Shown here one piece after another: positions 1-12,842 of a stretch of DNA of 64,000 bases. The translations under genes were made by a program, and so were the position numbers. The stretch's first letter is position 1. Each line of letters starts with the position of its first letter. A model generated the notes under the pieces. That model was not told the DNA's origin. It made no database searches and saw nothing but the letters and a program-made list of their open reading frames with translations. Source of the DNA: Massalongia carnosa. Its lineage: Eukaryota. The stretch spans positions 682,001-746,000 of the forward strand of contig OZ287079.1 in the NCBI GenBank assembly GCA_965645245.1, read 5' to 3'.

Positions 1-18
1 AAATACCAGATTGAGCAG

Positions 19-1926
19 GTGGTCTCGTGCGAGATGGAGGTATCGAAGGTCACGCGTGCCAATAGCCCTGTCATTACGCGCAAGGTGATCCGCACGGCGA
101 AAGAGGCGGGCGGGGAGGAGCACAGGGCGTGCGTGGTGTACTGCTTACTGGTGTGCCATCGTTGGTTCCGGCGACAGGCGATGCTGGAGCTATGGGACGC
201 GGATTTACATAATCTAAGGGCGGTGGCGTGCGAGGTGCTTGCGAAGCAAATGTTTGTACAACCCTTTGCCTCCTAAGCTTCTTAAACCCCTTCAGGGCCT
301 CCCCCGCAAAACCAACCAGCTGCTAATTCTCCAAAAAGTATCGAACTCGAACCTGACCAAGACTTCCTTCTCTCCTCTCTCCTCCTCAAACGTTACTCCA
401 TCCTTGTGGGCTCCCACCCCACCAAACCCACTAACGTGGTTGAACGCGCCGTTGACCTCCATGCCCTACGCGTTATTGGCTCCGCCGGCTACCAGAAATG
501 CATTTCGCATCTCTGGCGCGGCTGGCTCGTGCAAGATGAAGCCGATTCAGCCAGCTTTGTTCCCTGGAGGGGCAAGGCTAAAACTGACTACTGGGCGCAC
601 TTCGACCCAAACCGCATGCGCTGCCCGCGATACCAGAATGCGGTACAGGTCTTCTTTAGCGTGCTCTTTTTGGCGCTTTACACGGGCGCTATCAATACGA
701 TTAATCGTAAGGGAGATTTGGATGTTGTGGAGGGGGTGTTATACGCGATGACGTTAGGATTCATGTGTGATGAAATAGCAAAATTCTGGAAAGTCGGCCG
801 GTACTACGTGGGCTTCTGGAACGTGTTCAATAGTACTCTGTACGTATTGCTAAGTGTATCCTTTGTCACGCGGATGATTGCTCTAGGCCACCCGGCCGGG
901 GAGAGAGAAAGGCGACGCTTCAACGAACTGAGCTATAATTTTCTCGCCTTCAGCGCGCCAATGTTCTGGATGCGGCTGCTGCTGTACCTAGACACGTTTC
1001 GGTTCTTCGGCGCTATGCTCGTGGTGCTGAAGGTCATGATGAAGGAGTCGTTGATATTTTTCGCGCTGCTGATCATTGTTATGGTGGGATTCCTGCAAGC
1101 GTTCATCGGCATGGACCAAGTAGACGATGATGCGCAGGTGACGAGTTTCATTTTACAGGCCATGGCCAACAGCGTAATGCAATCGCCAGATTTCACCGGG
1201 TTCGAGAAGTTTGCGCCGCCGTTTGGGATTATCTTGTATTATATCTTTACGTTTGTTGTTATGGTTGGTGAGTCAATCCCGTTAGATTTTTTGAAAGATG
1301 AGGACCTTTCGCCGGAAGCTGATCAGCGTAACAGTGCTGCTAAATATCCTCATTGCGCTATACAACAGCGCGTATGAAGATATTACCGAAAATGCCATTG
1401 ATGAATACATGGCTTTATTCTCGCAGAAAACCATGCAATTTGTCCGAGCTCCCGACGAAAATGTCTTCATCGCTCGTAAGCACGCACGAGAAGTTCATCT
1501 GTAACGAACCGAGGCAGGAAGCTAACAAAATTGGCAGCATTCAACCTGATTGAAATCTTCTGCCTGATACTACCTTTTGAATGGTGGATGTCGACCGCGC
1601 GCTATGAGCGTCTTAATAACCTGGTCATGGGCATCATCTACTCCCCCCTCCTCCTCATCACTGCCTACATCGAAACCAAACAAGCACACGTAGTCAAGGG
1701 CAACCGGTCACGCCACGAGCAGGACGACGACACCGTCGAGGAATGGGAGCAGATGCAATCGGATGTCGATTTTGAGGGGGAGGGCTGGGCGAAAAGAGTC
1801 GAGGCGACCAAGCCGAACATTGAGACGGACGCGGCGGTGTTGGAGGTCAGGGAGCTGAAGACGCAGGTCTCGGAGCTGAGGAAATTGGTGGAGGCGTGGA
1901 AGGGCGAGGTGAATGGCGGATCGTAA
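19..1926 (+). CDS. YVC1: Vacuolar TRP-type calcium channel (5' partial; exons ~19-251, 339-1267, 1335-1475, 1538-1926)
   Basis: Splicing at GT-AG introns (252-338, 1268-1334, 1476-1537) joins the ORFs into a multi-TM channel with motifs RACVVYCLL, AVDLHALRVIGS, LLNILIALYNSAY and FVRAPDENVFIAPFNLIE, typical of fungal Yvc1. Confidence 0.9.
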
Positions 1927-2148
1927 ATGATTGTACGATTGCGTTCTTGCATGCATCTTCGTAAACATGCCAATCTAGTGTCGGAAATTGCTATTCCGCT
2001 TTGTTTCTCGCCAGACTATCTGTACCTTGAATCGCCCTCTTTCTCCCGACGCACCTGACTCAAGATTACCCGAATTCCGGATGGATCCGACCGTCTGATT
2101 GCCTGCGTGTGCGCACGTGCTATTTTATTTGATAGCTACTTACTTCCA

Positions 2149-2171
2149 TTCATCATCATCATCATCATCAT
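2149..2171. repeat. (CAT)n microsatellite
   Basis: About 7 tandem CAT units. Confidence 0.8.
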
Positions 2172-2815
2172 CTCTCCTTGCCTGCTTATTTACTGCTTTT
2201 CTACCTACCTCCCTAGTACTCTCCCTAAGCGCCCCTACCTGCCTAACAAAAACCTTAGCCCGAAATCAAACAAAACCAAACGGACTGAATCCGCATACAT
2301 CCATGCATGCTGCTGCTAGATAACGTCTGCGTTGAGTGGGGCTACTACCTACGTCTCTAATCTACCTACACTTTTCGGGAAATTTCGGGAACTGAGAGAT
2401 TGGGGGTTCAATGGTTGGCGGGTTATGCAGTGGTTGGCGGGTTATGCTCAATGGGTGGCCTTGCTCCCTGCTGTGCGCTGAGGGCGGAAAGGGGCAATTA
2501 AGGTAAGCAAGGGCGGAGACTAAGCAAGAAAGAAAAACCACGGCAGATCAATGAGTTCACAACAAGAAAAAGTCGAGATGAAGAAAGAATTAGATTTGAT
2601 TACGGCTAAATACATGCTGATGCTACTTTACCGCAGCACCGATGTTCTGGAGCAGACCCGATAGCGGATTAAAGGCCAAGAATACACCGTGGAGGATTTT
2701 GGATAGAAACGATTGATATGTTAATCTTTTTAGATGAGAAGCGCCAGTAAGATGTCTTGCAAAAAACGCACGGCATGCTAGGCTCGCACGCCAGGATTTC
2801 CCAGTACGGAAGAGC

Positions 2816-4107
2816 CTAGCAGCCCGTCCCGACCCATGACCCGGCCGATCCGGTGGTAACAACTTTGGAGCAGGCCCCGCACTTCTTGATCTGTAGCGAT
2901 CCCATCTCGAACTTCAAGCTGTATACCTGGGCCGGATCGCAAGTTTTGCTCGCAGTAGGCGTGTAAACGGTAGTGGTGGGGAGGCCTAGCGTATTGAAGA
3001 GGTTGCGTGCGGTCCACACCTCGAAGAAGAGCTTACCGGCAACGCTGTCGAGTAAGTTGGCCGCCGAGTACTTGCTTGCCGCGATTTCCTTCTCGTACTT
3101 GTTGTCGCCGAACACGAACTTGGCCTGAATGGGAAGAAGTGAGGCATCAGCAAAAAAACGACTATTGGAGCGGGAAGTGCTCATGAGCGGAGTGAAACCC
3201 ATACCTCGCAAAGAGACTTCAGGTATCGGAGTTGGTATTGGTAGTCATAGTAGGCGAATGAAGACCACTGAGCGACTTGGCGGTATTGCGGGATGAGGAC
3301 ACGCACGAGGTCCTTGAAATCGGGGTTTCCTGGGCTGGACGGAGTGGCACGATACTTAGCGGCAGACTCCGGATTCTGCACATAAACTATGCGGTTATCG
3401 AGTACTGAAGCAACATTACCGTAGAGGGGAGGAAAGAACGAGCCATAGTGAATTTCAATGTCGTCTCGCTTGGCGAGGGAGCCATAAACCGGGTTTAAGA
3501 AAAAATCGATGTCCTGCGTTGTGGGAGAGCTGTCTTGACCGTTGATCAATTGAGCGATGTCATAGGCCCTACTCAACATCGGAATGGCGGCTGCGGCAAA
3601 CAAAGTGCAGCTATCCTTTGGCAACATCTTCTGGAACCACTTCTGGAGCTCCTTGGTAGAGGTGACGTTCTTTTGGGCTGCAGTGGATAAGACTGTGTCA
3701 ACCAGCATCGGAACTCCTTGCTTCACCAAGTCTGGAACAGTTTTTTTGTCCGCGACGAGCTGGTTCAGAAGATATGGCAAAGATTCTTCCGCGTAGCCAG
3801 TAAGCTCCTTCTTGAAATCGACACCCTTTTGGCTCGGGGTGTTCTCAGGGATACCGATAAGGATAATCCAGGTTGGCTTGTCCAGGAAAATCCCTTCACC
3901 ATCAATCCTAAAGGTTGGATCAACGCAATAAGGATCACATGGACGTGATGGAGCTACAGGATCTGGAGGAGTGATCAGGAACCGAGATTCACAGCCCGGG
4001 TCGTCCGCCGCACAATAACCATTGTCAGGGATAGGGCTCCCGGTTACGGATGGAGCGAGAAGCTGGGAGAGGAAAAGCAAGGTTGAAATGGAAGTGACGC
4101 TTCGCAT
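2816..4107 (-). CDS. Secreted hypothetical protein (~400 aa; exons 4107-3205, 3124-2816), possibly a degenerate DUF4157/zincin-like domain
   Basis: Hydrophobic signal-peptide-like N-terminus (MRSVTSISTLLFLSQLLAPSVTG). A GTATGG..GCTGAT..CAG intron at 3204-3125 joins the 308-aa and 131-aa ORFs in frame. Cys residues cluster near both termini. Confidence 0.7.
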
Positions 4108-5990
4108 GTTTGCGGTTGGCTCTCAAAGTTGAAGTGGGTATGATATGCTAGGTTGGAGGAGGCGATGGGATTGATGGAGAAACGAGCGTCTCGCGCACCT
4201 ATTTATATAGTCTGGTGAGCCTCGGATCTCCGCAACAAAGCGTCCATGTGGATTGAGAAGCTAGAAGCAAGCTGTTGCTCTGGAATCAATAATGTAAGAT
4301 TCATCTTCCATCAATTCCGCTTCCAACGGGAAACCATATAGTCAACCTTGCCGTAGAAACCAAACCAATGAAAGAGGCATCAGTCAGAACAGAAGACGCC
4401 TACCGCGTCGAAAATTGTGCAAGAGGCACGAGGTCGGAGGGGAGAGGAGACGCGCATGCCAAGGCCCTGAAGTAGAACAGATGTGAAGTTATCCGTAGGG
4501 TAGGATTTTTGGCCTTTTTGGGAAGTTTGGCTTCGGAGTTTGCATGCCGGAAAGCGGCAGAAGGACTCGATCAATCAGTCCCCTTCGAGTTCAAGGCTCG
4601 AGAGCAGAAAGGCTCTAACATTTGCAGTATGACTTCCCTGTCATAAGCCGCCTTGGAATTAAATGGAAGCGAGCAAAGAACCAAGCGCGGCTTGTTTTCC
4701 CGATGACTTAACGGTTCCATCATGCTGCCAATCCTAGCACACTTGTGGGTCAATCAATAAAGTCGTTTAGGTTAGAAATTGCTTTTCCACGATGGATCTT
4801 ATCGTGGTGTGCGGCGCAAAGGGTTCATCCCATTGACCCAACTTGGCCATTTGTTAAAGGCGGCTGGATGTCAACCAATTTGTCGGGTCACCATGCCACG
4901 CCAACGCCAACGCCATGCCTTGCAGATTCACGCAATGCCTAACGACAATGTAGATTCCGTGCGATACCACGATACCACGAGCTCGAAGATGATTCACTAA
5001 AACCTAGACCTAGGATTAGCCACCGTCCAATCATAACAATGTTGACTCCTCGGACACATGTGGTAGTTAGGAACACACATTAAGGCGTATTTGGATAATC
5101 GCTTGCCTTTACAGCGTACTCTGTAGCGATACTTCCGGCAGAGTAGAGTACTCTGCACGCGTACATATCTGTACTCTTACTCTATACTCTCAACCTTAAT
5201 AGGGAGTCTTTGGTCTGTATAGAGTGATGACAGCGAGAGAGAGTTTCGGATGCTCTGATCATCAAACCGGTATAGAATACTCTGTAGTTACGGTATCTAA
5301 ACGACAGTTTTCCAGTTTACGATCGATGATGTCTCTTCATTGGCCAGACACTCAAACATAACGGAGCCCAATATACAGCTAATTAGTTAACCTTACGCCA
5401 TGACGTTTTCGAAAGCAATAGTACGAACAAAATGTCCTGAGTTTGATATATGTACCTCCTCATACAGTAAGTTGCGCAAACGGGAGTGAAACGGTGATTG
5501 CTGCCAGTAATCCCAGAGCCAGCCAACGAAGGAGCGTTTACAAAGAAGCTGATTAAGTCACTTCTTCCTCCGATGCTAGTTGTTGATACATAAGGAGACT
5601 GCGGCTTGGCCGATTATTACCTGCAGAGGCGTGAAAACCTCGTGGACACAACCGCGAACCAATAGCGGTAGTTGCGGAAGGGAATACCGAATGTAGGTAC
5701 CCTGTGGTTTATTCGCTTTTCTCCAACGGGACAACGTGCATGAAGCGGCCCTCGCGCTCATCATGAATCATGAGGAAGGCAGTTTGATGCAGGTGACACG
5801 GAACGATGGTTACACCCGGGGCACGGGACTTTGAGTGGGAGGTGACAGAGTGCTACTTTCTTAACTAGAGGTTGGCCTGCAAGTGACAGAATGACCAGGA
5901 CCAACATGGCCGCGAATCTTCACTCACTTCTCAACACCCAGCCCCATTTAGTGACTGACGTTCATCGGACCGAAAGCTAGACAAGCAATC

Positions 5991-6046
5991 ATGGATGGAT
6001 GGATGATGGCTCGAGTTAGTATGGAGCATGGATGGATGGATGGATG
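5991..6046. repeat. Interrupted (GGAT)n simple repeats
   Basis: Two runs of ATGG/GGAT units. Confidence 0.6.
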
Positions 6047-6643
6047 AGTTGAGCGGGAAAGGAACTTGAAGTTTGTAGACGAGTTTTCGTACGATAAATC
6101 TCAACTACGTTTGCAGAATATCGAGCACAGGATAAGTAGGTAACTATGTTCCGTTGCGGTAAATATTGTGCTTTTAAGCATCCACATACCCATCTCTGTA
6201 CTAGTAAATCGAACTCCGTCGAGCATATCTATGCCTCCGACCCACCCCCCTTCCCCCCCCCCCCCCAAAAAAAGCGCTGAGGGAAGGCAACGAGCCTATC
6301 CTGATGCTCTTGTGAGTTCCGCTGCCTTTGTTGGAGGGAAGTAGTACCCTAGGAACAGGATTGGAGACCTGCGAGACGGGAAGATGTTGAAGGGAGGGAT
6401 GAGAAAAGGGGGTGGAGAAGGCGTGGTGAAGGTGTTTTGGCTGGGAAAGAATTGATGCTATGTTAGGGTATTAGAAGCTTTACCTGGCGTGATTATGAGT
6501 GGACGTAGCATCGGAAAGCTACTCCCAAAGTGTAAATTTCACAAGGAAACAGAGATAAGGAACCGTGGTAGAGAAAAAGCCAAGATCTCAGCATTGATCT
6601 ACATAAAACATTGATTTGTATAAAGACCAACTCCATTATAAAT

Positions 6644-9600
6644 CTATGCGACTCCATTACTCAAAACGGCCTTTTCATCCTCGAGCTCCTGCCACTTCTC
6701 TTTCGCCACGCGGGCCTCCTCCGCTCTCAACTGATCGGGCCTCCTCACAGCAATGTCCTTGGGTCGATAATCGCTAAAAGCGCGCTTCAGCACCTGCTCA
6801 ACCAGATAACAACCCACATAGTCAACAATCATGATCGCAGTCATGGTGATCTTGAATTCTGTCGAAAATGGCACCATGCGGAGCTTCTCGTTGATTTCGG
6901 GGATGAACTCCGTCGAGCATGAGAAGGCCACGCCAGACACGAGCAGGAGACCCCAATACATTCCACGGTTCTCACGGATGCCTTCGCGGAAGGGGCGGCC
7001 TTGATAGTTGATGGCGAAGGTCGAGATCTGCTGAATCAATTGCAAGAGGTACACGGCGCTGTTGAGTAGGGAGGGTTCAAATTCGCCTTCGAGGTCCACA
7101 TTGTCGCTGCGGGGCTCAATTTGTTGAACGTAATTAGAGATGTAGATGAGGGTAGCAATATGGATGGCAAATTGGCCAAGGACTGAGCCGATGATGTAGG
7201 GATTGAAGATGTTTGGTTGTGGTCGCTCTTTGGATAAGCCTTCTACGGACTGGGCAAGCGTTAGCACGATTTGGCTCAAAGAATAACTTTGCATCGGCTC
7301 TGTATGCATACCTTTGCTCTCGAAATTGACAAGAAACAAACGCTCATGAGCATTCCACTTATGGTGACTTGACCGTCACCAAACTTGATTCCCTCCAAAT
7401 ACAAAACACTCAAGCTGTACGCGCTAATCAAACAATTCAAGGCTAGGATTTTGTACATCTGTATGGTGGCCACTAAAGTGCATCGGCCTTGTCTTATGAT
7501 ATTCGGAATTGCAATCACGTTTGCAAGTTTGCTTGTAAAAGGAGCGGCAACCGAAGCATCACCGAGTTTGATCCTGGGGGGCTCATTTTCGTCAAGTTCC
7601 TGCTCCATCATAGTCGCTGTAAGCTTGTCTGCCATGCTAGCTGCAGCTAGCTGAGCCTTTTGTTGCTTCTCTTGCGCAGGCGTTAAAGTCTTTTTGGCAT
7701 TTTGAAGAGCTTGTGCGCCTGGTGAGGTGATTGTGACGATCGCGTTAGACTTGTCTATAGCTCCTGAATTTGTCGAAACCAAACCAGCACCTCCTTTTCT
7801 CTCAGCTTGTTGTAGTATTGCTTTTTCGTAATGGGGATTGTTTGCACCAGGCGGGTAGGTGTGGGCAATGTTCAGTGGAACTGGTGGAGAAGGTTGGTTG
7901 AATCGCTTCATCAATGATACTTGCTTTTCGTATATCTCTTTCATTTTGGTGGTTCTAAAATGCTCCGCTATTCTATTGAGATCATCCTGTGAGCCATTGA
8001 GAAGGGCTACACCAATGTGAGCCTGCTTTAGCGCCCCCACATCATTTGTCCCATCACCGCACATCAGGGTGGTGTAACCGGCGGCTTTCAAGCCTAGCAG
8101 AATGTCTTCTTTTTGCTTGGGCGAAACGCGAGCATAGACCCATGCATAACGAAGAATTTGTGAAAGAGCCTTTTCGTGTTTGTATTTGGCCAACGCGTAT
8201 CCAGTAATACAGAGATCATTTTCTTTGATAATGGTCGGGTCTAGTGGCTGGCTGGGATCAACGGGAATACTAGTTTTATCATCGACGCTCCGCCAGACAA
8301 GTCTGGTTCCGCTATTATCATGCTCAGGGGCATCAAGGATAAGAACTTCACGATCGACAATCTCAACTTGACGCGCAACATGGACTGCGGTGAGAGGGTT
8401 GTCACCGGTAATCATCACCACACGATGACTGCTCTCATTGAGCATTCGAACAGCCTGCTTTGCGTCATCTTTCAGAGGGCATTGAAGTACCAGGAAACCG
8501 GCAAAAATCAAATTCGCCTCAACTTCTTCCCTTCTCAGGTTGTTGATGCGCATTTGACCTAGCTCGGAGTCGGTTGAGAGATACTTGTATCCTAATGCTA
8601 AGACTCGACCACCATTTCTGGTGAAATATTTGAAAGTCTCGTCATAATTCGGTGGTTCCTTTATCAGCATAGTTCGAATCGTTTCTGGCGCACCCTTCAC
8701 ACCTACAAAGGTACCCTTAATCTTCTTCGAAGTAGCTCGGTCAGTTGTGATGACTGTAGCTACAGAGCTTTGACGTTTCAACGAAGACGAGAATTGAAAG
8801 CGTCGCTTTATCTGAACAAGATCTCCAGGTCCTGTGTTTCCTTTTCCCGGTTTGCCAGTTAATGTATCATTTCGGCCTAACGACCAGCCCAAGGAGGTAA
8901 GAGTTGCCTTTTCCATGGGATCACCCACAATGTCTCCTTCGTCCAACTTGACTAGGGCATGCGCAGTTGCAAGGACTAAAGTGGTTTGTTGCCCTGCGTC
9001 ATGAACAGAAGTCAAATCGGTATGAGCGCCATTTTCTTTTGTGGTTATCCGTCGGCCAAGAGAGAGACCAGCGATACCATCCACAACTAAATCTTCTCCT
9101 GTCAATGTACCAGTTTTGTCAAAGCATGCAATATCCACCCGGCCAGCGAACGGAATTCGAAACGGTTCTGTGCAAAAGATTGCGTATTTGCTCAGAGCGG
9201 CGAGGCTGGTATTAACTGCTAGACTGAGCTCCATTGGAAGCTCGGGGGGAACCACGCTCGTGATAATCAAAACACAATCAAGTAGGAGCTTTGATCGCTT
9301 TCGGTCCTTGCTCACTCCTTCTTGCCAAACATACCATGAGGCAGCGATGGCGAAAATGAGAAGAAACAGTATGAAGAGGAGAGCCTCAATATTGTTTGCG
9401 GAGACTCTCTCCGTGGAATAGATCATTGTACGAACCAAGCTACCCTGGCTGGTTTCAAACCCGGTCTTGACAATTATTGCCATCGCGCCGCCATCAGGTG
9501 GAGGACTGACACCTGAAGCTAAAGTGGGAATAGGTTCCGGAGCATCTTCGCTTACTATACCATGTGTAACTTGAAGCACCTTGGTGCCCCCATAGAGAAA

Positions 9601-10723
9601 AGCATTCTTATCCAAATTTTCCGGGTCGATGGGTGCATCTCCAGGGCGGAGTTGCACCGAATCTTTAAGTAAGGGCGTGCTCTCACCCGATAACATAGCC
9701 TCATTGACAATCGCGGTGCCTTCTACAAGCAGCATGTCGCAAGCAACCCCGCTATCTTCTTTTGTACGGCCCACCGATACCAAGTCTCCCGGAAGAAGCT
9801 TATCGCTCGTAATCTGTTCCCAGCTCTTTTGACGGTATGCCCAGATCTCATATGGTTGTATGCTCATGCCACGAAACTCGTTCAAAGTTCTTTGCCTCTG
9901 CCAAACAACCGTGCTTTCAAAGCCAACTAGCATCACTAAAGTGAAAAGTGAGTAATACCAGTAGTCGTCGAGGAGCCAGAGCCCGACACAAAACATTTGA
10001 AATATGAAGAATGGCGCTACCGCATGTTCCTTCCATAACTCGGTAAAGGTTGGTACTGGAATATCAAAGGTGTTGTCGCCATAATGTTGCTGTAACCGAT
10101 CGATCTCAATCTTCGTGGTCAGCCCCTGCGATGATTGGAATGTTCTGATGAGAGGCCTTGGTTCTCTATCGATGTCGTATGACAAAGGCGCAAAACTGTT
10201 CCGTTCATCATTGTAGAGAAAGCGTCGTTTTTGAAAAAGGAAAGAAGTGCTTTTCTTGCCGCCGATCTATTCGACTTGTCAGTGGTGGCCGGAAAAGTAG
10301 ATGTAGGGGTATATACAGTGTCCCTAATGAGCGGACAAATCTCCGCTGATCCAGCATTTGTGACGGGAATGACCTTGATGAGCTTCGCATGAGGGACTGC
10401 GGGTACGGAGCTAGAAGTAAAAAGCGCGTCGAGATTGACGTTCCATTTGGTAGTAAGCCATGTCAAAGACTGCAGCGTGATTATTGAACCCGCCCATACA
10501 AACGTCCACTCAGATCCAGCGATGTAGGTGTTATATCTCTCCTCGGATAGATATATCGCAAAGAATAGAGGCCATATAAATAAGAATGGCCAAACGTAGG
10601 TATGAAAATACAGGGGTAGTGGGTTGTGTAGAGTTGCTGATAGAATCTGTGGGTTGTTGACCAAAGGGGCCCTGGGCAGTTGTCAGCATCTCCCTGGATA
10701 GAAGGCCCGTTGAGCGAGTACAT
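6644..10723 (-). CDS. SPF1: P5A-type ATPase (ER transmembrane helix dislocase); exons 10723-10722, 10671-10317, 10266-7312, 7249-6644
   Basis: Motifs LSGES, PPELP, CFDKTGTLT, ITGDN, MCGDGTNDVGALK and KLGDASVAAPFTSK. Introns at 10721-10672, 10316-10267 and 7311-7250 give a continuous frame. Confidence 0.95.
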
Positions 10724-11022
10724 TTTGTAAGTTTAGCAGAATGAAATCATTCACGTCATCTAATGGTGCAGCGCATTAGAAGATATAAGAAAAAGTAAGG
10801 GAATAGATGTCATGGACTCGACATCTTAGTAGCCTGAAGCCAGGAAAGGTTCAAGTATGTGTCCAGAGAAATTTAGGGAAACTCCGCCACAACCTCCGCG
10901 GCAGGGTGTTTTTCCGATGATACTCTTAGCGCTTATATGGCGCAGCACTTAGCACGTGCCTTGTATTGTATCGCTAGCTTGATTTTGTGTCACAGGTTCG
11001 CGTTTTGTAGTTATCTCAAGAC

Positions 11023-11197
11023 CACTGTAACAAACACGCACCCGGATATTTTCTCAGCATACCCGTAACCATACCCGAGTATAAATACCCGGTTATTACT
11101 CGAATACTCGAAAATTGATACTCGTACCCGTACCTGGATATTTACCCAGGTATTATCCGGGTAATACCCGGGTATGGGTAAAAGGTTGGTTACAGTG
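11023..11197. mobile_element. hAT-type MITE (175 bp)
   Basis: TIRs CACTGTAAC / GTTACAGTG. Flanking 8-bp direct repeat CTCAAGAC / CTCAATAC (1 mismatch). Many internal TACCCG/CGGGTA subterminal repeats. Confidence 0.7.
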
Positions 11198-11236
11198 CTC
11201 AATACTCTGTACTATCGGGCTTTTCGGCTCTCAGTA

Positions 11237-12842
11237 CGGAGGATGACACAGGAAGTTCTGGCCGACGCTAATATGCACGCTAAATAAGCCACCTACAAGG
11301 GCCTCAGCCCTACGAAGATAAACTCCTTTATTTACTCCTTTTTTACCTTCTTATCCACCTCCTCATCAGTCTACATTGGCCCACTCCTCCTCATCTTCAG
11401 TAGGACCTCTCTTTGAACGCAGATATCGACTGCGCCGCTCCTCAGCATCGTAAGGTCGTACCATTCCTCCTGTCCTTCCTTCTCTGTACTCGTTTCCTCC
11501 TTCTAATTCAATGACAGTCTGTATGTGACGAGGCATTCTCTCTATCCAGCTTTGTATTTGCTCTGCGATAGCTCGTCCCAACATTCAGTCCATGCTACTT
11601 CGGCCTCCCGTCTGCTTCGTGGAGCTCCGAGGAGGGTCGTACGTCTTTTCATCCAAGGCCAGCATGGTTCAATCATGTTGAGATCAGGTGAGTTGCCAGG
11701 CCACAAAAAGCGAAGCACTCGAAAGTCCATAAACACCACATCCTGATGTTTGGAGGTATGACAGGGGGCCTTATCTTCTTGAACCACCGTGTTTGGACGA
11801 TCTTTCATGCATTCGGTAGCGAATGGAAGAAGTTTGTCTATCAAAATATTCTTTTGATAGCGATACCAGTCAATTCCTCCCTTTTTATTATCTCGCACGA
11901 TCTTTCCATGTTTTTGATCCCATATCCATCGAGGCTGTCGTCCTCCTGGATTTCTTAGTCTCATTCGTCTCATTCCATTTTCTAACTCCCAATTGAGCTT
12001 CGCCTCTGATCCCAACCTCTTATTGATAAGCTTCAGCTCTTCCTCGGCTGCCTTCTTTTCTTTTGCAGACTCAGTCTTCCAGATATGAAAAGGACCTTTT
12101 TTATCGTACGAGAAACACCCCCAAAACATGAACTCTGAGTGTCCTTTCCATCGACGACGAATGCATGTTTTATCATTCATTTCTTTCGAGGTTCTCCATT
12201 GCAGTCTTCTTCCTCTTACTGTATTCAGCATCACGCTCGTCTCGTCACTCCAGATGACGTTCTTCCAGTCTTCAAGAGTCCAATGCTGATGATCAATGCA
12301 AAATTTCAGACGTGCTTCCTTCATGATCGAAGTAAGGCCAGGCTTTTTCGTTGATTTACAGGCTCGAAATCCATTCTTTTTAAGAACCTTCAATATAGTG
12401 GAAGAACTCAGCTCATGATCAAAAGCCAGCATAGCTGAAGACTTCTCCCTTTCGTTTCGATCTTTGCGTACATCAGTCAATATAGCCTCCTCCAATGCAG
12501 GTGTTACTTTAGAAGGTTGGCCTGAACGAGGTGCATCTTCAACATATTCCATCTTCAAGACTCGTGAGATCTCGGGATCATATCCTCTGCTTCTTGCTTT
12601 CTTCTTGATATGACTGATAGATCTCGTCGAGACTTCAGTGATTTCCTCTACTCTTTTAGCTGATACTCCATGCTCTACGAGAGTCAAGGCCTGAAGTCTT
12701 TGAGCGAGAGTCAGTGTGTTATCTTGAGGACGAGTCATGATGATGATAGCTATAAAATATCAACTAAAATCAACTATAAATTACAAATATTGAAGCATTT
12801 TATCTCTTGATGCCCGGAGAACCTCCTTTTTTTAAATTATTA
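11237..12842 (-). mobile_element. Tc1/mariner (DD34E) half-element, left arm; transposase 12738-11366 with a 1-nt frameshift near 11565
   Basis: HTH plus WSDET, QEDKAP and NSPDLNMIE motifs, with 34 residues between D2 and E. Outer TIR CGGAGGATGACACAGGAAGTTC preceded by TA. No inner TIR. Confidence 0.9.
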
